Shown piece after piece: positions 58,959 to 64,000 of a stretch of 64,000 nucleotides of DNA. The notes beneath the pieces are model-generated. The model saw only the letters and a list, made by a program, of their open reading frames with translations. It ran no database searches and was not told the origin of the DNA. The stretch comes from an uncultured Gemmatimonadales bacterium (GTDB taxonomy: Bacteria; Gemmatimonadota; Gemmatimonadetes; Gemmatimonadales; GWC2-71-9), in assembly GCA_963739455.1 (NCBI GenBank), contig CAVUAK010000001.1, positions 2,496,001 through 2,560,000 on the forward strand, in the 5' to 3' direction. Position numbers and translations under genes: made by a program. The number at the start of each line of letters is the position of its first letter. Position 1 is the stretch's first letter.

Positions 58959-58987
58959 ATGTTACGCACCGGTACTACGATCTGCCA
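58959..58987 (-). promoter_or_regulatory. candidate cassette promoter Pc
   Basis: TGGCAG-N17-TAACAT about 100 bp upstream of the attI crossover; weak match found by eye. Confidence 0.25.
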
Positions 58988-59030
58988 GAACGGCGCTGCA
59001 TCGGCAGTGCTGTAGTATGGGTCGATTGAC

Positions 59031-59874
59031 CTATCTCCGATCCAGCGGACTACGCACCCCCAACCCACCCCGATTGAGCACGTGAGTGTAGATCATCGTG
59101 GTCGTCACACTCCGATGTCCAAGCAGTTCCTGCACCGTCCTGATGTCCTAACCATCCTCCAGGAGGTGCGTCGCGAATGAGTGCCGGAAGGTATGACACG
59201 TCACCCGGTGCGGCAGGCCCGACACTTGCCCTGCCTGGGTCACTGCGCGCTGGATGACGGTCGGGTGCAGGTACATGCGCCACTGCCTGGCGTGAGCTCT
59301 TCCCCCAGGCACGTATCGGCGCCCCGCCGGAAGCACCCACCACCAGGGCCACGCCGTCGCCGCACCCTTTCCCTTCCGCTCCATCGCCTCCGGCAACGGG
59401 ACCGCGACCCCACGCGCAACATCGGCCAGGTGCTGCTCCTTCACGACCGCGAGATGCTCCCGCAGCGCCGGCTGCATCACCCTCGGCAGCATCGTCACCC
59501 GGTCCTTCGCTCCCTTCCCCCTGCGGCGTGAGCTGGCCCCTCTCGAAGTCAACGTCCTTCACGCGGAGAGTAAGGCATTCCATGAGCCGAAGGCCACTGC
59601 CATAGAGCAGCTCCGCCGCCAGCCGGCTGGCGCCGTTCATGGCGTCGAGCACGACGCCCACCTCATCGCGCGTGAGGACGACGGGCAACCGCTCCGGTGC
59701 CTTGGCCCTGACAAGACCATCGAGCCACCCGACGTCGCGGCGGAGTACCGCGCGGTAGAGGAAGAGGATCCCGCTCAGCGCCTGGGTCTGGGTGGACTCG
59801 CTGACCCGACCACGTTCAGCGAGGTCAGTCAAGAATGCAGTGATCTCCTGGGGGCCAAGCTCTCCGTCATCCAA
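59031..59874 (-). pseudogene. intI: integron integrase (tyrosine recombinase)
   Basis: STQTQALS..LFLY, LPVVLT, LLYGSGLR, KG.KDR, IntI patch LPEAMERK...[47 protein letters not shown]; 5' truncated, frameshift near 59525, TAG at 59148-59150. Confidence 0.92.
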
Positions 59875-59894
59875 TCGCCGCAGGGCCGAACGAC

Positions 59895-60359
59895 TTATTG
59901 CGACCGGCCCCGCAACAACCGCGTCAACGCACGATCCAGCGCCCCCGCAAATGCCTGCTTGTCCCCCGCACCGAACGGCGCCGGACCACCCGTCACCATT
60001 CCCGCGATCCGCGCCTGCTCCATGAAGTCCCGCACCGACAACCGCTCACCGATCGTCTCACTCGTGTGCTCCTCCCCCCGCGGGTCCAGCACCGTCACTC
60101 CCTTCGGCACCAGCAGCGCCGCAAGCGGCACATCCTGCGTCACCACCAGGTCGCCCGGCACCGCTTCCGCCACGATATGCTGGTCCGCTACGTCCGCCCC
60201 GCCATCGACCCACACCGCCGTCACCAGCGGATTGTTCGCCGGCGGCCGCAGCTGCTGGTTCGCCACCAGTACCGTCGGTACCCCAAGTCGCTTTGCCGCC
60301 CGGAACACGATCTCCTTCACGTCCCGCGGCGTCGCGTCTGCATCGATCCAGATTTTCAG
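59895..60359 (-). CDS. YaiI/YqxD family protein
   Basis: [26 protein letters not shown]; apparent CTG start. Confidence 0.85.
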   Translation of the reverse strand: MKIWIDADATPRDVKEIVFRAAKRLGVPTVLVANQQLRPPANNPLVTAVWVDGGADVADQHIVAEAVPGDLVVTQDVPLAALLVPKGVTVLDPRGEEHTSETIGERLSVRDFMEQARIAGMVTGGPAPFGAGDKQAFAGALDRALTRLLRGRSQ

Positions 60360-60769
60360 GATGTCTCCTCGAGGACGTTACCGGGTCTTTGGCGCCCCTG
60401 CACAAACTCCTGCTGGCCAATCGTCTCATAGTAGTAGGACTCCGCATCCGAGCCTCGGCGAATCACCGCCACCGTATACGCCGTGCCCGGTACCAGCGGT
60501 TGCGCTGCGCTCCCGGTTGCACCCGGCGGCAGCTCGCCGTACCGCACGCCGGAAGACACTGAACCCTCGGTCCACCAGGTCACAGTTTCGCTGCCAGTGG
60601 GATATACCTCCAGCCGATATGCAATGCAGTTGGGCGACCAGGTGAACCGCGGAGCCACGTCGGGGCTCGCCACCACCTCCACCCGCTCGCCCGGGGCGCA
60701 GGAAGCCGTCGGCTCGCTCGCCGACGAACACGCAGTAGCCGCGAGCAGGAACAGGGCATTCACTCGCAT
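60356..60769 (-). CDS. hypothetical lipoprotein
   Basis: GGAGG RBS, lipobox ATAC. Confidence 0.6.
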   Translation of the reverse strand: MRVNALFLLAATACSSASEPTASCAPGERVEVVASPDVAPRFTWSPNCIAYRLEVYPTGSETVTWWTEGSVSSGVRYGELPPGATGSAAQPLVPGTAYTVAVIRRGSDAESYYYETIGQQEFVQGRQRPGNVLEETS

Positions 60770-60878
60770 CGTAACCTCCGGGGTGTGGGTGATGACACAC
60801 CCCATTCTCCGGCCCGCCCCTCAAGCACCAGTCAAGCAGCGCTGGGCTTCACGCGCCCCCTCATATAGACTCCGCGCC

Positions 60879-61475
60879 ATGCCGCGCGCCCTCCTCGCCC
60901 CCATCGCCCTCCTCACCTGGGCGCTGCTGTCGACCCAACCGGCGCCACTCGCGGCACAGGATTCCGTCACCGTCGCCCCGGCCACCGATTCCATCGCCGC
61001 CGACACCGTGGCTGCCATCTCCCCCTCCGACACCTCAAGTCCTCACGTCATCACGTCCTCACGTCCTGAGGCGCCCTCGAGCCTCACTGACTCACTCGCG
61101 ACGCTCCCAAAGAAGGCGCCGATAGGCCCGAGCGGTGCCCTCTGGCGCTCCCTCCTCGTGCCCGGATGGGGTCAGGCCAAGCTCGGCCGCGGCGTCGCCG
61201 CCGGCATCTTCATCGCCGTCGAGGGCGTTTCCCTCGGCATGGTCCTCAAGACCAACAGCGAGCTCCAGTACACTCGCGCCACCGATACCACCGCCGTGCA
61301 CGACAAGTCCCAGGAACGCGAGGATTGGATCGTCATCCTCGCGCTCAATCACCTGCTCGCCGGGCTCGAGGCCTACGTCTCCGCCCACCTCTGGGATTTC
61401 CCCGGCGATCTCGCCCTCAAGCCCACGCACGGCGGCGTCGCCGCCAGCGTCTCTTTCCCCGTGCGGGTACCGTGA
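60879..61475 (+). CDS. DUF5683-like membrane protein
   Basis: ALWRSLLVPGWGQ, AYVSAHL. Confidence 0.65.
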   Translation: MPRALLAPIALLTWALLSTQPAPLAAQDSVTVAPATDSIAADTVAAISPSDTSSPHVITSSRPEAPSSLTDSLATLPKKAPIGPSGALWRSLLVPGWGQAKLGRGVAAGIFIAVEGVSLGMVLKTNSELQYTRATDTTAVHDKSQEREDWIVILALNHLLAGLEAYVSAHLWDFPGDLALKPTHGGVAASVSFPVRVP

Positions 61476-62275
61476 ACGATCTCCCCATCGGCGTCTTCGA
61501 CTCCGGCCTCGGCGGCCTCACCGTCGTGCACGCCATCTACCAGCGCCTGCCCGCCGAGTCCACCATCTACTTCGGTGACACCGCGCGCGTCCCCTACGGT
61601 CCCAAGTCGCCCGAGACCGTGCAGCGCTACAGCCTCGAGATCCTCCACTGGCTTCTCGCGCAGGACGTGAAGGCCGTCGTGATCGCCTGCAACACCAGCA
61701 CCGCGCACGCCCTCGACGCGCTGCGCGCCGAGTCACCGGTGCCGGTCATAGGCGTCATCGAGCCCGGTGCCCGCGCCGCCGTGCGCGCAGCAGCAGGGCG
61801 GGGCATTGGCGTCATCGGCACCGCCGGCACCGTTGCGAGCGGTGCCTACGTGCGCGCCATCCACGCGCTGGCGCCCGCCACGCAGGTCATTCAGCGTGCC
61901 TGCCCGCTGTTTGTGCCATTGGTCGAGGAGGGCTGGTTCGATCATCGTGCGACGGAACTGATTGCGGAGGAATACCTGGCACCAGTGCGTGACGCCGGCG
62001 TCGGGGCACTCGTGCTCGGCTGTACTCACTATCCGCTGCTCGCCCCCATGCTGCAGCGGGTGATGGGTCCGGACGTGACGCTTATCGACAGCGCCGCCGA
62101 GACGGCGCGTGCCCTTGCTGACGCGTTGACAGGGCAGGGAATTGAGGCGCCCGCGGCAGGGAAACCCACTCACCGGTTTGCCGTGAGTGACGACGCGCCC
62201 CGCTTCCTCGCTGTGGGTGGGCGCTTCCTCGGTGACCGCCTCGGCGCCGCCGAGGTGGTGGACCTCACCCCGTGA
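61472..62275 (+). CDS. murI: glutamate racemase
   Basis: IGVFDSGLGG, PYGPK, ACNT, LGCTHYP. Confidence 0.95.
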   Translation: MNDLPIGVFDSGLGGLTVVHAIYQRLPAESTIYFGDTARVPYGPKSPETVQRYSLEILHWLLAQDVKAVVIACNTSTAHALDALRAESPVPVIGVIEPGARAAVRAAAGRGIGVIGTAGTVASGAYVRAIHALAPATQVIQRACPLFVPLVEEGWFDHRATELIAEEYLAPVRDAGVGALVLGCTHYPLLAPMLQRVMGPDVTLIDSAAETARALADALTGQGIEAPAAGKPTHRFAVSDDAPRFLAVGGRFLGDRLGAAEVVDLTP

Positions 62276-62996
62276 AGCTCTTGAGCTCCGCAGTGTTCTC
62301 CGTCGCCACCGCATAGCGGAAGCCGTCGAACCACGCACCGGGGTTGAGGTACTGCTGGGTGGGTGACAACTGCGCGACGGCGGCGTGGTGCGTGTGCGCC
62401 ATGATCAGGAGACCGATCTCCGCCCCGCGCCCCAGCCGGCCCCGCGCCCACGCCTCCTGCTGCGCGAACGCCTTTGCCCGCGCCGATGCGCCCCGGTCAT
62501 TCTCGCCCATCATTGGCTGCATGCCGAGTACCAGCCGGTGCGCCAGGTCGGGATGCAGCAGCCGGAAGAGCTTGAGCGCCGCGTCGCTTCCCAGGATCGT
62601 GTTGAGCACCCGCGCCGAGCGGCGCGTGTCGGTCAGGCCATCGCCGTGGATCGCCAGCGTCTCGCGCGATCCGATCTTGAAGCGGAGTTCCCGCGGATGG
62701 TACAGTGCCCCCAGGTCGCGCTCCCAGAAGTCGTCGCCCCAGCGATCGTGGTTGCCACCCACAATCGCGATCGGCACTCGCTTCCTCAGCTCGGACAGGG
62801 CGGCCGCCACCCGGAAGCCATGCCTCGGCATGACGTGCCGGTAGCAGAACCAGAAGTCGAACAGGTCGCCGTTGATCAGCAGCGCATCCCCCAGCGACGG
62901 CACCGCCTCGAGGAACCGGAGGAAGGCGTCGGTTACCTCGGGCGGGGCCGCACCCAGGTGCGCGTCGGCGACGGTGACTACAGTGGTCCCCAGCAC
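62265..62996 (-). CDS. lpxH: UDP-2,3-diacylglucosamine diphosphatase-like metallophosphoesterase
   Basis: DAHLG, GDLFDFW, GNHD, HGD, AHTH, NPGAW. Confidence 0.8.
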   Translation of the reverse strand: MLGTTVVTVADAHLGAAPPEVTDAFLRFLEAVPSLGDALLINGDLFDFWFCYRHVMPRHGFRVAAALSELRKRVPIAIVGGNHDRWGDDFWERDLGALYHPRELRFKIGSRETLAIHGDGLTDTRRSARVLNTILGSDAALKLFRLLHPDLAHRLVLGMQPMMGENDRGASARAKAFAQQEAWARGRLGRGAEIGLLIMAHTHHAAVAQLSPTQQYLNPGAWFDGFRYAVATENTAELKSFTG

Positions 62997-63017
62997 GCGA
63001 CAAAGATAGTGTTAGGT

Positions 63018-63059
63018 CACCCAACTCCTAACGCCCAACGCCTAACGCCTAACGCCTTG
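63018..63059. repeat. heptamer tandem repeat (CGCCTAA)-like x6
   Basis: cacccaa ctcctaa cgcccaa cgcctaa cgcctaa cgccttg. Confidence 0.85.
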
Positions 63060-63482
63060 CCCCCCATCTCCGAGACCCTGCATCGAGTGAATTACAGCGA
63101 AATCGACCAGATGGGCGTGGTCTACCATGCCCGCTATCTCGTCTGGCTCGACGTCGCGCGCACTGAGCACCTGCGCCTGGCCGGCATGAGCTATCGGGAG
63201 CTGGAGGAGCGTGGATTCCGCATGGTCGTGGCCGAGCTGGGCGTGCGCTACCTCCGCGGCGCCCGCTATGATGACGAGGTCCGGGTGCGCTGCTGGGTGC
63301 GCGAGATCGCCTCCCGCAAGGTCGTCTTTGGCTACGCCCTGGATCGGGTGGCGGACGGCGAGTTGCTGGTAACCGCCACCACCACCATGTTCGTCCTCGA
63401 CGCCTCCATGCGCCCAGCCCGGTTGCCCAACGATGTGGCCTCCTGGCTGGCAGTCACCCCCGACCCGGTCCGGATATCCTGA
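63057..63482 (+). CDS. YbgC/FadM family acyl-CoA thioesterase
   Basis: RVNYSEIDQMGVVYHARYL..ARTE. Confidence 0.88.
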   Translation: MPPISETLHRVNYSEIDQMGVVYHARYLVWLDVARTEHLRLAGMSYRELEERGFRMVVAELGVRYLRGARYDDEVRVRCWVREIASRKVVFGYALDRVADGELLVTATTTMFVLDASMRPARLPNDVASWLAVTPDPVRIS

Positions 63483-64000
63483 TGCACCCGTCCTCCCCGC
63501 CATCCCCGCCCTCCCCGCCGCACCATCCGCGCGCGAAGGGCCGCCGGCGCCTGCTCGGGCTCATTGCTATCACTACAGGCGTTTTCGCGCCGGCGGGACT
63601 GAGCGCGCAGGATGGTGCAAGCGTCGAAGCCCTCGCTCCCGTCCTTGCCGCCCAGGACGCTCGCCAGTGGAATGACGCCGTGCTCCGTCGCGGCATCACC
63701 TTCGCCGACACCGTCGTCCGCTCCCGGACCGCGCTCGCCATCGGTCGTATCGGGGACCCGCAGGGACTTCCGCTCCTGGTCGACCTGCTCGACGATCCCG
63801 AGGCCAACGTCCGCCCCTCCGCCGCGTTTGCCATGGGCCTGATGCGCGACACCAATGCCGTCGCCCCGCTCATCACGGCGCTGACGACGGCACCCGGTCA
63901 GGACCTCGTCACTACTCGTGAGATCATCACCGCGCTCACGCGTATCGGTGGCCGCGATGCCGCTGAGTTCATTGCCGATATCCTGGCTGGTCGCGCCGCG
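63482..64000 (+). CDS. exported HEAT-repeat protein (partial)
   Basis: Manual translation: VRSRTALAIGRIG...LLDDPEANVRPSAAFAMG; runs off the window. Confidence 0.7.
   Translation, partial: MHPSSPPSPPSPPHHPRAKGRRRLLGLIAITTGVFAPAGLSAQDGASVEALAPVLAAQDARQWNDAVLRRGITFADTVVRSRTALAIGRIGDPQGLPLLVDLLDDPEANVRPSAAFAMGLMRDTNAVAPLITALTTAPGQDLVTTREIITALTRIGGRDAAEFIADILAGRAA

Larger units (their letters stand above)
46059..59874 (-). mobile_element. sedentary integron (array 1): co-oriented intI pseudogene, attI and about 20 cassettes
   Basis: 18 related attC sites, intI remnant, attI at 58852-58876. Confidence 0.93.

Noticed and set aside
59148..59150. TAG read-through (pyrrolysine or recoding) in intI
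   Set aside because: TAG ends many normal genes here, no pyl genes are present, and intI has other lesions.

Overview
GC-rich bacterial chromosome segment. A Gemmatimonadota-like origin is inferred from gene style only. Many single-base indels in conserved genes suggest an unpolished long-read assembly. The left part holds the end of fhs, ridA, an ECF sigma/Ser-Thr kinase pair, aac(6'), an arylsulfatase, tRNA-Sec and a mobB-fdsGBAD NAD-dependent formate dehydrogenase operon. The right end holds murI, an lpxH-like gene, a thioesterase and a HEAT-repeat gene. The dominant structure is an integron system built on one family of ~131-bp attC sites. Array 1 (about 46.0-58.9 kb) has 17 full attC, 1 deleted attC and 1 foreign half-site, and about 20 cassettes, 6 of them toxin-antitoxin. 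It lies 3' of a co-oriented (reverse-type) intI that is now broken by a 5' truncation, a frameshift and a nonsense codon. Array 2 (about 23.5-28.2 kb) has 5 attC and no integrase, but starts at its own attI-like site, 15/19 nt identical to the array 1 attI. Both arrays carry the same identical 402-bp cassette in first position, which suggests one integrase loading two separate attI platforms. Other notable items are an in-frame ParE/BrnT chimeric toxin between two antitoxins, an arr gene at the eroded array tail, an uncharacterised DyP-peroxidase operon, and heptamer tandem repeats that read as integron core sites.
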